DNA from: Antedon mediterranea
Lineage: Eukaryota > Animalia > Echinodermata
Reading direction: 5' to 3'
DNA length: 64,000 bases
NCBI RefSeq assembly: GCF_964355755.1
Contig: NC_092677.1
Location: 12,608,101-12,672,100, forward strand
Below the pieces are notes generated by a model that was not told the origin of the DNA, ran no database searches, and worked only from the letters and a program-made list of their open reading frames with translations. Position numbers and translations under genes: made by a program. Every line of letters starts with the position of its first letter. Positions within the stretch are counted from its first letter, which is position 1. Of the stretch, positions 12,836 to 26,200 are shown one piece after another.

Positions 12836-13292
12836 TTAGTTACACCCTGCTTGTTCACGGAATACGGGAAATATCTACGTTCTGGTTCCATATTCCATTC
12901 GGCCCTCGGCCTCATGGAATATGAACCAGAATGTAGATATTCCTGTATTCCGTAAGAACAAGGAGGGTGCAACGATTTTATCTCTTAGTGTACACATATA
13001 ATCTTTATTTTCATCCATTTTGACCTCTGGCTATCACAACAACAATAGGGAGCTTTCGACGATTACGATTAGCTTTTTTAACGGACTGTCGAATACAAGT
13101 TTATTTTCGATGGTTGATATCACAACTATAAAAATACAATACATAAACAACGTGAGCGTAGAAAACATCAATCGGGTAATACTGGATATATTAATCTTCT
13201 GATCCGCTTGACGGAGTAAATGGCCGTTATACGGAATTATATCTCATATATATTGACCAATCGGATTACAGAATTTACGTACACTAAGAGAA
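12836..13292. mobile_element. Hairpin-terminated non-autonomous element, family B (unclassified)
   Basis: ~60-bp arms 12839-12898 / 12914-12973 around TCGGCCCTCGGCCTC; second inverted pair TCTCTTAGTGTAC (12981) / GTACACTAAGAGA (13279); subterminal CCAATC...GAATTT. Confidence 0.75.
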
Positions 13293-13558
13293 AAAAACTA
13301 AATTTTTTTTCTCCAATTTGAAGTTGATCAAAAGTTACAACTCATAACATAATAAATAAACTTAATTTTTAATTCAGACGCAATCACAGAGAGCGCATTC
13401 TAAAACTACCATGACCACTTTATACAGTACATCAATTTATATATTGTCAGCTTTTTATTATTTAATAATAACACAATAGCACATTATAATGATTCAAAGC
13501 CTTAGGAATGGAAAGCAACAATTTTAACTACTTAATATAAATACCATAGGGAAATAAA

Positions 13559-13657
13559 GATGTCATATTATCACTATCATATTTGGGCATATCACTACCA
13601 TATTTGGGCACATCACATTTTTTTGTCAAACTATAGTTCGATAGTGTAGACAGAGCT
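13559..13657 (+). mobile_element. Partial Harbinger-like MITE (AGCTCTGTCTACACTA family)
   Basis: Right half with TIR GATAGTGTAGACAGAGCT followed by TTA. Confidence 0.85.
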
Positions 13658-16343
13658 TTAGAATCTTTCACATCACAGATTTTTATCATTTTAATGCCTA
13701 AAACATAAATGTTCATGAACTTTGATTTTACTTTTAACAATTAACAGTGGAACTATCGTAGATTATTTTTTAACTAAAAATTCCTAACAAACAAACAGTA
13801 ATGTCGCAATATGAAATAGGAGGAAGGAGGAACAAATGGCCTAGCATTTTTCTTTATCTTTTGGATTATATCTTCAAAATTTAACTAGCAATAAAGCAAT
13901 GTATATAGTATTTACAAATGTAATGAGCATTTGATACAATTTACATCATAGTTGGACAAATATTTCTAATATCATTTACATCAAAATATAAGATACAGAC
14001 ATTTTTAAATGTTAAAATCAACAGATGAAAACTTTTCTTCAATACAAATGAAAATTTTACAAGCAAAATGTTAAACCACTTTAAAGTATCTCTGGCAAGA
14101 TAATATTAGTATTTACTAATTGTAAAGGTTTGATGTTCTCGACAAATGACAATGAAAATGATTGATATCCAAGAATCCTTATTCAGGTATATTTCACGGC
14201 CTGATTACTGTGACTGTGATTGAAAAAAAATGCCTCCGAATAATACAAATTTATGATGTTGATATAGAAAGAATTTAATGGTTCTTATATTTTGTTTATT
14301 TTACCGTGGCATTAGGATGGGCGACCAAATTGTGACAATAATAAAGCTACATGATAAAAATACAATTGCCAAGGGGGTGTTGGGGGGGGGGGTGTTTGAG
14401 GAGGGTGAGAATGCCCTAGGGGGAGATTGTTGAGGGGAAAAAAGGGCAGGGAAAAAAAGGGCAGGGGAAAAATACTAAGGGAAAACATCCGGAAGGCAAC
14501 CTGCCTAGAATCTAAATGATGATTTGTTGTTACGTTAGTAGTGTAACATTTTGGTTTAGTTTTAAAATTACAGTAGGGTAAAAGTGGACATCAGTATGCA
14601 AACTACCAATAAAATTTAGGAAGCTCTGAATTAATTATGCAAGTTTAATAATGGTCCCCAGGGATTGTAGGTGGATATACATTGTGTGTAATTAATCCAG
14701 CAACCATGGAGACTATACGTAAATTATCCACCGTACAAATCTATGCATTAATTAATTTAATTAATGAATTAACTTAATTAAATTAATTAATTAACCTTCG
14801 TCCTATATCACGCTTCCTGCTAAAATATGTTAGTATAGCTGTAATGAACACAAGATAGTGGAAATGAAATCTGAAATGTTCAAAATCAATAATTTGAATA
14901 ATACGTCGAGGATTGTACCTTCTTGTACAACGCTAGTGTTTGAGTGATGTACAGAAACAGGTGTACCTCTAACAATCTCCTAATGGCTGATACAGGAGAG
15001 GGCCTAAAAATTGCTAAAATTTACCAATATTTTAACTTTTTCTTACTGTATTTGAAAAACGACAACAATTCTATGCTAACCAACTAAGACTAGAGAGAGA
15101 ACTAACATAAGACAATAGCAGATGAACCAAACATCATTGTAACCTGTCAAGTTTAAGACCATTAAAAGGTCTGACAAAATTTTTCCTAAATTCACTGAGT
15201 AAAACAATTATCTGAATAGGTGATTCCATCTTCAATAGGTATCTGTAATAGAAATAAGCAGAATAAGGTAACAGAATCCCACTTTAAACTTGTTTTATTG
15301 CATAATTGTGAGTATAGTATTTGATTAAACATTCAGATTGTAAAGTTATCCAGATTTTAACTTACATGGTTTGATTTCGTTTTTTATTAAAATTTGCAAA
15401 TAATATATAATCTGTATTCAGAATACTGTCTTTAAAAGTATAATTGAACGTGGAATTTTAATAATAAGCAGAAGAAGTCATTTAATTACGCCGTAAAAAT
15501 CTACGATTCTATTGCAGCATATAAATTGAATTAGCCTTTTACTATTCAATGCATGGTAACTCATGTCCGTATGTGTTTTAAAACATTCTAGAAGCCTATA
15601 TACGATAAGAGCACCCTAATTCAATAATAGTCTTGACATTCTAGTTCTTTGCTTGGTTATTAATAAGCATTCACTGTATTGTTAAATGCCACTTGTAAAA
15701 TTCAGGCTACAGAAAGAAAATTTTTTTGCATTTATTCTTTATTGCCACCGGTAATAGGACTTAAGGTTATATTTTTGTGAAAATAAATTGAGACGAAGAA
15801 ATTAGACGATTAAAAATATCTATGAATTTCGATGAGAGACATTCCGTTTTATCACGATAGATAAGTTTGTAAAGGAGGACGAGTTGAAGTTTAAATTAAG
15901 TTTGGAATAAATAAATACTGTAATAATATAATATTCTTTGTAATAAACTACTGCATATGTACATCAGTGTGTTGTAAATTAACATACCTGGTGGAAATCT
16001 ACACCCAAGTTAAATAGATAGATTTAATTAATAAACCTATAATTTGTTTATTGATATAAAATGATATACATTAAGTAAAGAGCCCAAAACTCATATCTTG
16101 TTTTGATGTTATCTATTTTACAGCCCAAGAGGAAAACATGGTCCAATGGCCAAACACAGAAGTGGGAACCTCATAAATTTAATTTTAATTGTACATGTGA
16201 GGGTACTATTAAATAATAATAATAGAAAAATAACGTAACGTAATAAAAAGGAATACTTGAATTTGAAACATCATTCTTTTTTAAACGTTTTGTACATGTT
16301 AATAAATAAATTTAAATAACAAATCAGAATATACTGTACTTAA

Positions 16344-16978
16344 AGCCCCCTTCCCTACGTTTTTTAGATCTAATTTAAGATCACAAACTATATTTAATGT
16401 AAAAATAATACTATATGGTCCTATTGCGATAACTTTTTTCGTCTTTAAACGGTTAAAAATGTGAAAAATAAGTCGATTCTAATAATTATAGCGGCCCGCT
16501 ATAAATCCCAAAATGCATTGCGCGCGGATTGATATTTTTGTTTTTCACCTGTAATTCGCCCACTTTTCGATCGATCGTGAGGCCAAAACAAATGGAAGAC
16601 TCCTAACTTTTCAGCGAAAATACCGGGTTTTCCACCAATTTGTATCAACGGAGTCTGGCAAAAATAGAAAGACAATTAATGCAGCAACTATACAACGTCA
16701 GGCTAGGTATATAGCTAGCGTACGATGTTCGTACGTTACCGATGTTTACCAGCTAGGCCTACAAAACTAAGCCTAGCTAGGCTAGGCCTAAGACCATCCA
16801 CGAGAGGTCGATCGCCGCGAGCTACTTAGGTAGTACATTGTTTCTCACTGTTATTATTGTTATCATAATTTACCATAAAACGTACATTTAAGACAAGGAA
16901 TGACATGGTTTAATGTTTTTAAAGTGATATATATGTATTATTTTCCAAAAAACGTCCAAAATTGCAGGGAAGGGGTCT
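16344..16978. mobile_element. Kolobok-type non-autonomous element (635 bp)
   Basis: TTAA at 16340-16343 and 16979-16982; termini AG...CT; imperfect TIR AGCCCCCTTCCCTAC / GCAGGGAAGGGGTCT. TTAA TSD with RR...YY ends fits Kolobok rather than piggyBac. Confidence 0.82.
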
Positions 16979-17430
16979 TTAATTAAAAATATTACAATAG
17001 AATATAAATATAATAAAAATTATTAACATTATATAGGCTAAGAGTTCAAATATCATACAACAGATTTATTTGTTTATAGCCAGCCAACTAAGAATTAATT
17101 GGAATTAACCCAATTGTACAAAGTAGTCTCACTTCAAATACTTTCTCTTCTAAATATCTTACTCATATTGTATGGATTATTATTGTGCATCAGTAAATAA
17201 AAGTTTGTCATACATAAATCATTCTTTTAGAAACATTTCTTGTCAGTATTTTAATAAACATTAAAATAGTTAAAAGGTGCGAGAGCTCTGGAAGGCTCGG
17301 CAGAGGTTAAGAGATCCTATTTACATATGACCCATTCCACATGTAAGGTAAACATAACTTGATGGTATATTCATTTACCGTTCCTGTTTATACAAAAGTG
17401 CATATAAAATAGGTAGAAAATATCACTGTA

Positions 17431-17780
17431 TTTATTTTATTTTATTTTATGTCTTTAGGCACTGTGGCCAAGGATTACCAATAGTGAATTAATCACTGTC
17501 CTATCAGATAGGTGGTAATCCCCCTGATACAGAGGCTATTGTGTGAACCAGTTCACCGGGGTAACCCCCTACTCTTTTTCGAATAATGAACTGGGTTCTT
17601 TAAAGTACACACAGGTTATAACTGTGTACACTGGACCTACGGTTTATAGTCCTTATCCGAGAAGACTTGTTCCACCACCAGAACTAGGAGCGAGTCGGCC
17701 TCGAACCCTTGCCGATAGTTGTTGTTGGCTCTAGGTACGATAAACGGCGCCCCTGCCTTAACCGCTCGGCCATATGACTG
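17431..17780 (-). mobile_element. Full-length tRNA-derived SINE with a Deu/Nin-type central domain
   Basis: Minus strand: A-box TGGCCGAGCGG, B-box GGTTCGAGGCC, then CGGATAAGGACTATAAACCGTAGGTCC...TTAAAGAACCCAG...AAGAGTAGGGGTTACCCCGGTG (resembles the Deu/Nin domain, from memory), and an (ATAAA)n tail; CTGTA on both flanks may be the TSD. Confidence 0.82.
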
Positions 17781-17899
17781 TACACTTCACCCTAGAGATA
17801 ACAGAGTTTACACCCATAACCACCTTTAGGCTGGAAACATTTAAGAATATACAAATCAAAATTGGTATTGGCCCGGCAGTCTGTATATGAGCTGGTTAC

Positions 17900-18072
17900 C
17901 AGGGGCGGATCCAGCATTATGGGGGGGGGGGGGGGCTAAATATTTCATAAATGATAAAAACGATTCCGTCAGGTTGCAGAAAGTGATTATTTTATTTTAA
18001 AAACTTAAATTTTAGGGGGGTGGGGCAGGGGGGCGGCGCCTAAAGCCTGTTTAGCCCCTGCCTAAATCCCGC
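17900..18072. mobile_element. hAT-like MITE
   Basis: Begins CAGGGGCGGATCCAG, right end degenerate; 8-bp direct repeat CTGGTTAC at 17892-17899 and 18073-18080. Related GGATCCAG remnants at ~9170, 18092, 57744, 59507. Confidence 0.7.
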
Positions 18073-18279
18073 CTGGTTACCTGTATGGCAACCAGTGTGG
18101 ATTCAGGATTTTGAAATAGGTTGTAAAAACTAACAGGGTGTAAAACTAAGTGCTGAACTTAACTTAATATCCATTGCATTATACTTTTCTAAATTAAAGA
18201 AAAGGCGGGGATCTTCCTATGGGTAAGCATTCTTGGATGGGGTTCTTAATTATGGAGAACAAAAGCTATTGATTATGAA

Positions 18280-19170
18280 ATAGATACATTTCTACTTCTA
18301 CTTAAACATATTTCAGTTAGCACGCATCAAATGGGTAAGTTTCACTTATAAAAACCCTATACATGAAGTTTATGGGATAAAATCTTTCAAGTTTATCTTA
18401 ACAGCAGCAGAGGAACATACGGCAACTGTCAAAATCAAGGTCATATTTGATATAAAAAAAATTCTCAAATTTAGGTGAATGTCAGTGATGTTATTTCCTC
18501 TTTCCTTGTTAGGCTTAATGTCATCAACGGAACGTGCACAAACGTTTCGGGAACTTATTATACCTTATTGGTCACATGATGCTTCCCTGTGAATACAAAA
18601 ACATTTTCAGTGAATTGTGGTGAGATTATCTCAAACAATATACTGATGACAATGTTTTTGTTATATACCCTGACAATTTCCTCATAAAATGGTAGACCTA
18701 CAAAACGTGATATGATATATTTCCTTGTTGTTTTATAAATCCAAAGGCAAAATTACTGTTGTTACTTGTTGTTTTATATAAATTGATTACATATTTCAAA
18801 TGTTTTTTTTTTAAATTTCTAAGTAAACAATTCCTATTGGATATGTTACCCCTATACTCTCAATCAAAGCAAATCATGAACAACTTTCTATGCATATTTG
18901 GTACTTTTTATTTTGGATATATGCCATTGGCCCATTTTGATATACTTGACCAACAAAGATAGATAGCCCTATTCTCAAACCTTTAAAATCATATTGGGCA
19001 GAATGGTTTTTGATGGAATCTACATGTGAAATCCCAGGTGGAGGCAACAGTAGTTCAGTTCTGACACTTCTATTTGGTAAGAAATTTATTAATTTTTCAT
19101 TACCACGCAAGCCTTCAACCTTTTTTATAGCATAAGTATTAGTCAATTCATCAGATTTTTCCAAGAGATT
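18280..19170 (-). pseudogene. Possible heavily degraded LINE reverse transcriptase fragment
   Basis: Minus-strand translation gives SAQYDFKG, then QGSIM*PIRY, then SVDDIK, in the order of the LINE RT motifs QxGFR, QGSxLGP, FADD; stops and frameshifts throughout. Confidence 0.35.
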
Positions 19171-21249
19171 TGCGCTTTCAAACCTTGAAGAGGGAAAGGG
19201 TTAACGATGATATCTAAGCATTATTAGAGATTAAATTTAAATTACCTATTTTTAACCTCTTGTATATATTAGTCACCAATCAGCTAGCACCCCAGTTGGA
19301 ACATAGACACACCACTGGGAACCCTAATCAAATTAACCAATCAAGTCTTTCGTTCTACATCATAAGCCTTCTGCTTGAATGAACCTAATTACGAATTTCA
19401 ATTAGTGTAGCAGGACAACGGACATGCCCCAGGCAGGTACCTAGGATTCAAAATTGGTTTTCTTCAGTTTTTTTTTTTATTAAACGTGTTTGTCTTATTG
19501 TGAATACTGCTGTCACTGACCTTTAAAAAAAATTATTCCCTTTTAAAAATTATGATTCATTTCAAAGGATTAAGTTATGTCATAAAACAGTCAAATTTTC
19601 AAGTGTTTTTAAAAAAGTTCTTCAAAAGGAAATGTTAGTATCTGGGATGGTATAAATCATATGTCACTATCATAATTAAATTCAAGAAAAAATCTATTAT
19701 TGAATATATTTATTCTGGTATGAGTATAAAAAATATTTAGGTAAATGGGTAAAAATATGACATTTCAAATACCGGTACTGTATATAACCAATTATAGTCC
19801 AAGGGTACACAATTGGTAAGGGGTGGGGTTATTATACTAAGATTGGAATATTTTAGCCTAGATTACAGGTTAGCCAGTAAAACCCAAAATAAAATAGAAA
19901 AAAAACTGTTTTAACTGGAAGAAAAAAAGAAAATATTTCTATGGGAAGAGAACAAATGTAAATAATTGCTGTTTAACCTGTGCAGGTAGGCAATAAAACA
20001 GTAAACATTACTCAGTAAATAAGGAATAAGAAATATTTGTTAATCTCTAAAAGTCTGAATCACTTTTTGTTGTTTGCCAGACAGCCTGTAAGAATCAGCC
20101 GTCAACCAATCATTTACCTTTAATTCTAACATGTGATGAAAGATTCAATCTGAATGCAACCCACTTCATAGCAAGTCTGTTGCTTTTTTTAAACATCAGT
20201 TTTCTTTTAAATAACAAACTTTTAACAAACAATTTACCGCAAGATATTAAGTAGAAATGATAATGGGTTTTAAGCTAGTTTTTTTTAACCATGCTAAAAT
20301 TAGGATAGTAGTGGCTTTGGCATTTTTCATAATGATGCCAACAGAAACACAAGAAATATCTTGTATCAAATTACATATGCCTTCATTCATTTTTGAATTA
20401 ATACCCATTTCTGATTGCTCTGTCAATTTATTTCTACGTCTCTTCTACACACGTTCTTCAAAATCAGGGTGACAGATATGAATATTAATATGCAGAAAAT
20501 TTATTTTCACATACTAGGAATATATTTATAAATGTAACCTATATATTTAATATATTCTGTACAATATGTGGAATAATTATGCGGTAACCTATTAATAACA
20601 GAATTAAATCAAATTAACAATTTTGTTTTTATAGCAATAACATATGATTTTAGTTTATTTGATTGTAATAGTTTATGGGGTAGTCACGAATACTGCAATA
20701 ACAGAATATTTGTTGAAATGGTCCCAAAATATTATCTTCAAAAACTTATGAAGCCTTAAAAAAACTGTTTTAATAAAAAACATTAATTTATTTGACAAGA
20801 TTCAACTCAACAGCACACAAATGTCATACAATGAATACTACAAATTTCTAACATGAAAATTATCTTCAACTAAAAAATGAATAATTATTTATTAACAATA
20901 CCTTTTTTATCTAGGATATTATAATCTTCCATCTTGCAAAAACAACCTAGATTTTTAAAATGTTTGATGAGATAGCTTTTTTCAAATGCTTTTGTTTCAT
21001 TACCTATCATTATGGTAGTTTAATTTAAAAGAATGTATTGATACTTAGAGCTTGAAGTTACAAGAGATAAAATGAAATATAAGAATGAAAAATAAAAAGA
21101 ATAATACAGTAATATATAAATTATAGAAAGAAAATATTGTATTAATATATAGTAGATAACAGTTTGTATTGAAAAAATTCATTTACTTTTATTACAGAAT
21201 TATAAATATAGGAAAAAAAGAAAGAGGTAAACAAAAAATGGTATGATGT

Positions 21250-21420
21250 AAGTGCTTGTGTGATTGGTTAATTTTTGTTACCTCTGTGTTTCTCACCCCT
21301 GAGGAAGATCAAAGCATATTAATCGAAACGTTGAGAAACTCAACAGTTCTTTTTTCTAAGACAATAACACTAATACACACAGGGTGCACCGCAAACTTTA
21401 TATCAATATCTCTGTGTTGT
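21250..21420 (+). mobile_element. Penelope-like element pseudo-LTR remnant with a minimal hammerhead ribozyme motif (21289-21338)
   Basis: TTTCTCA-ccc-CTGAGGA-A-GATCAA agcata TTAATC-GAAA-CGTT-GAGAAA: hammerhead core, stem I, stem II (one mismatch) and palindromic AACGTT stem III. Outer boundaries approximate. Confidence 0.65.
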
Positions 21421-22986
21421 TACCTCCAATATAAAACTACAATGTACCTATGTCAAACTTTGATAATGTTCCATAGAATTTTTTCAGTTTGTACAACATT
21501 TCAAACTTTCCACACTTTGATTATACAGTGTATACTTACTTAAATAATAAGAACATGTCAAAGTACCGTACGTCAATACTATGAAGTTTAGGTAACACCT
21601 TGAGAAAATGTAAAAAGGTTATCACTTTAAATTCTCAATATAATGGATATTGTATAACCGATTTTTTCTGCATTATGTAATGCGTAAACAATTACCAAAT
21701 GACATAATGAAATTTTATCAAAATATGTGAGATATTTTTCACAAATAATGTAAAATCTTCATGATAAGTTACTGACTAGTTTTATTTACACAGATATGTA
21801 ACAAAAGTTTGTATCCTATTTCAAAATGCTACTATCAATAATTCATACAATTTATGAAATTCGGAAAGAAAATAAATAATTAATTCATTAATTCCACGAC
21901 CAACATGTAATTTTGAATTTGAAGAAAAATAATTTGATATCAAAAGTTGAAAGCAAATAAATTGTATTAGTGATTATACAGTATATAGCCAAATTTGCAT
22001 TGTAATTTGGCATATTAATATAATCTATTGACACATACTTCGTCTCAAATATTCCGCACTTTATAGCCCAAAGGAATGCTGATTTATCAAAGGAATAACA
22101 CCTATCCACAAAATATGATAAGAAATTATGCAATTGCCAAGCTTGCTTAAATAAATTAGTTAATTTTCATTAAGAAGATATATTAGGATAATCGTAGGTT
22201 TAATAATACCTTGATTTACCCCCTTAAAGGAAACACCTAAGTTTTGTGTCTGTTATATAGATTATCATAAAAGCAAAATGTCTGAACAAATCATTAATTC
22301 AGTTATAATGTATTAATGTTTGGATAAAAATGACTAATAGAAAATGTAATACTTTGATCTCTAATATCTGTAATAATACAGTTTATGAACCACAAAGATA
22401 ATTTATTTATAAAGAGAAAATGTCTATTTTCTGTAGGGTTAAGGTTAGACTATTTAAATTGTTATGTCCAGTTAATCCACAAACATGCCCTACCGGTCAT
22501 CGACTTAAATATAGTGGCATAGTAGCTTGGTGCCTGACTATCAATCCTAATGAGTACCATTATTAAAGATTCCTTATAATAAAATAACATTTTGATCCAA
22601 TTCAAAGTGAAAACATTTCTTTAATTATTTTATGGCCAACAGAGAAATTGCAACCTGCATGGTAATTTAATAATATGCAAATAATAAATTTAAATATATG
22701 GTTGAAGCAAGATATAAAACTGGATCAGACATTTGACCCTTGAAAACTAAAGCTATTAAAATCAATCAGGTGTAGTTATAGTAGGCATAATGACCTATAC
22801 CAATCAATGCAATACTTAAGATATAATAATAATATGCTTTATTTAAACACAAAAACTTGGCTTAACTAGCAGTTTGTTTTTCTGCAAGGCCGTTATATTG
22901 AAGTAAATTGAGAAATAATAGATACTGAAATTTAAAAATATTAAAATACTACTTTGAAAAGTGCTCCTCTGTTGGTACTTGCTTAA

Positions 22987-23136
22987 AACTCTCAAACTTT
23001 ATGTGACAAAAAAATGTTATGTACCCATATATGGACATAATGATGTCATATCACTGCCATATTTGGGCATATCACTACCATATTTGGGCACATCACACTT
23101 TTTTTGTCAAACTAGTTTGATAATGTAGACAGAACT
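22987..23136 (+). mobile_element. Harbinger-like MITE (AGCTCTGTCTACACTA family)
   Basis: TAA on both flanks (22984-22986, 23137-23139); left TIR internally deleted; typical core repeats. Confidence 0.85.
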
Positions 23137-23879
23137 TAAAAGCATTTTAAAGTCATGAAGCAGTCAACAAGGGCTCCTTACAAGAGAATATGTGAGCCCC
23201 AATGACAAACAATGTACCCATTGAAAGTCCTGAGCAGGAAAAAAGAACTTATAAAGGAACAATATACTTCAAAAAAGTTAATTTAAATGCCATTTTAAAT
23301 ACTGTAGAAACAGGATATAATATATGTAATTGTGTCTTGTACAACATGTATAAAATGCTACATTAAAAGTCACATTGAACATTTGACATTTATTATAATA
23401 ATTCAACTCGGTATAGAATTATTTATTCAACAAGACAGAAAACTTTTGATGACAAAAAATATGTAATATTTATTTTTCACGTATATATGCTTTTTCACAT
23501 TGTTTTATCACCTTTTTCTTGTATCAATATATACACAAACATTTGGGAAACTATGATTTAACTTATCACACAAAATATAATCTCTTAAAATATTTGGTTT
23601 TATTTCATCTATGATATAATATTACTCCGATGGGAAAATAAGGATATATATTTTATGAGCGTTTTGCAACAAAAGAATCAGATTTCTCAAACACGAAAAA
23701 AAATAAAATGATAGATCATCTTGTATTTTATGATGAGAACCCACTGTGGATTTTAATGTCAAGATTTTGTACTTAAAAACTTTGAACAATTAGTAAATAT
23801 GATTTTCGATTGACACGCTTGAATGAGCAATCAGAAATTAGGTTATTTAGCTTTTTGTCTGTAATTGTTTATTTTTTTA

Positions 23880-24360
23880 GATTTGATTTTGATTTGATTT
23901 GATTTATTTCGGCATCAGTACATACAAAATCAGAGACATACAACTAAAAATAGCAAATATGAAAAACCATGAATAAAACAAGGATGCCAAGGATAACTCA
24001 TAAAAGTCCTCTACGGACTTGTTTCAAATGAGGTCCTTTGAAAGAACAGCAAAAAGACATACAATGAAACATATAAAAATTACTAAAAAACCAACAATAG
24101 GACTATAAAAAATAGAAGAAGCGCTTATTAAATAGTTTCTAGTGCTAGTGTACGTCCCTGTAGATACTTTTTAACTTTACTTTTTAGAGTTAATTTAATG
24201 TGATTTGTAGGGTGATATTCATAGATTATCAATCAACGACTTGATTTATTTCATATGTTGATTTTAGACTTCCTTTTAGGAAAAAGCATTTCTTTGTTAA
24301 ACAGTGTCTAATAAATTTACGGGAACACAATTTAATTGACAATATGAGTAATTTGATATT
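23880..24360 (-). mobile_element. Degraded 3' end of a CR1/L2-group LINE
   Basis: (GATTT)n tail with TTTATT, and stem-loop GGATAACTCA..AAGTCC..GGACTT..TGAGGTCC typical of such 3' UTRs. Inner boundary approximate. Confidence 0.5.
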
Positions 24361-26200
24361 TAAATTGTTATTCAATATTTCATATTTAATTTCTCTGATT
24401 CTGTAAAGTCATCATAGAGTTGAAAAAGAAAGTTTTTTGTGAGAATTCAAAGAGCTATTAATTAAATATCTTTCCGAGCAACCTAAGCAAGCTGCACAAT
24501 AAACTTAAAGTGATTTAAAAGTTCAAGAAATCGGGTGTGGGCAACGTATGAATCACCGATCATCAATGCAATTATCCTTCATGTTAATTAGCTTAATTAT
24601 GCGAGAAAAAAACACAGTTTTTTTAACAGCTGAAGTTACTAAATACTTATGTGCTGGATTTCCATGTCAATTCCTGAAGGATTATGGAAAATTTACACAG
24701 ATTTTCAGAATCATAAGAAATGTTTGGATTGGGACAAACACTCTTGAAAAGAAAATAAATAAAATTATGCTTTATAAGATCCATATGAGTTAAATTAAAG
24801 CACAAATTCTGACATACTGTTTCTAATACAGGTCATAACTATTTAAAAAGCTCTTTCTTCTGTAAGCTACCAGTGTTGGAAATACACCTGTAAATAAGTT
24901 CACAATACATCTCTTTCAGAGAAGTCAAACTTTGCTCGTTTCAGGGGCTGTATGTGGTCCTTATTGTTTATTCGTTGGAGCTCCTTCTAAAATAATATCT
25001 TATACTAAGTGAAGCTTAGTATTTTGGTGAATGAAGAGAATGAAAGGTAGAACAGGTAGAAGATAAAAGAAGAAAATAATAAAAAGTAAACACAAAGCTA
25101 ACAAGAAATAAAAAGACAATAAATAAAAGAAGTAAATAGAAAGAAAGTCCATGTTTGAAAATAGAAATGTATAGAATAAATGAAGGTAGGTATAAAAGAT
25201 AAATTATAAGGAAACTAAGAAACATGATAAGAAAGAAACGGACAAGGATTAGGAGTAGAAGAGAGGAATGATAAAATGAAATATAGGCCTATTGGAATAT
25301 TTTAAAGACAGTTTATAAAATAACTTGATTGTCATTAGAAAGTTAACAGTACTTTAATGAAATCACTAATGACTTTTAACAAAAAAATTGTCAGCCATCT
25401 TTATTTTCTAATTTATCTTCTAAACTTGTAATATTTCAATAGAAATGTCATAAAATGGAGATTTTGTGAAAAAGACAAGAACAAAAACCCCATAAAACCA
25501 TCCATGTACATCTACATAACTATCAAAAAGAAAAAGAACAAAAATTAATTCTGTGTAGGCATTCACATTAAAATATATTATACAACGGAACAATGGAGAT
25601 AATCTCCCCAGATTATAAATAACAATAATATAGATCTCATTCTTTGTGTAATTCCCGCAACCTGCTATAACTATTTTTCTTAATTGTGTTACATTTTACC
25701 CAAATAAAGTGATTTTTTAGGGGTCGAGTTCATTGCTATGATTTGCATAAATAGTGTACAGACAGGATTATTTGGTGACTTGCTTATTTTATTACAGAAT
25801 CATTTTTTTCAAAAATAAAATTTACACCAATGTTGTAATATTTATTCAATAATTTGGCTTTGTTAAGTTTTTCCCCATGCAGTCGATTTCAAGGTTATAT
25901 ACAAAACTATAAACAATTAAATGTAATATTAATAAGCAAATAAAAAAAAACATGCAATTGGATAGGAGACACAGGTTTAGGCCATGAGTAATACAATTAT
26001 TATTAATATAAGTATATATGCATATCTGAACAATAATGAATGAACTATTGAATAACAGTAAATAATGCAATATAAGTTTAACCGCTATAGCCTAGCTACA
26101 ATTATACTGCAACAAATCTATTTAAATAGATTTGAACCCAAGATTCAATTTTATTTGCCAGTTTAAGATGGAAATAATATGAGTACATTTTCAACATTAA

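Noticed and set aside
14370-14515. G-rich tract resembling a transposon subterminal region
   Set aside because: Only one degenerate end visible; cannot be classified.
14791-22445. piggyBac-like ends (TTAACCTT at ~14791, GAGGTTAA ~17303, AAAGGGTTAA ~19195, AGGGTTAA ~22435)
   Set aside because: No matching TIR pairs could be established.
25016-25290. Hydrophobic 69-aa ORF resembling a membrane peptide
   Set aside because: Reverse translation of a GA-rich low-complexity tract.
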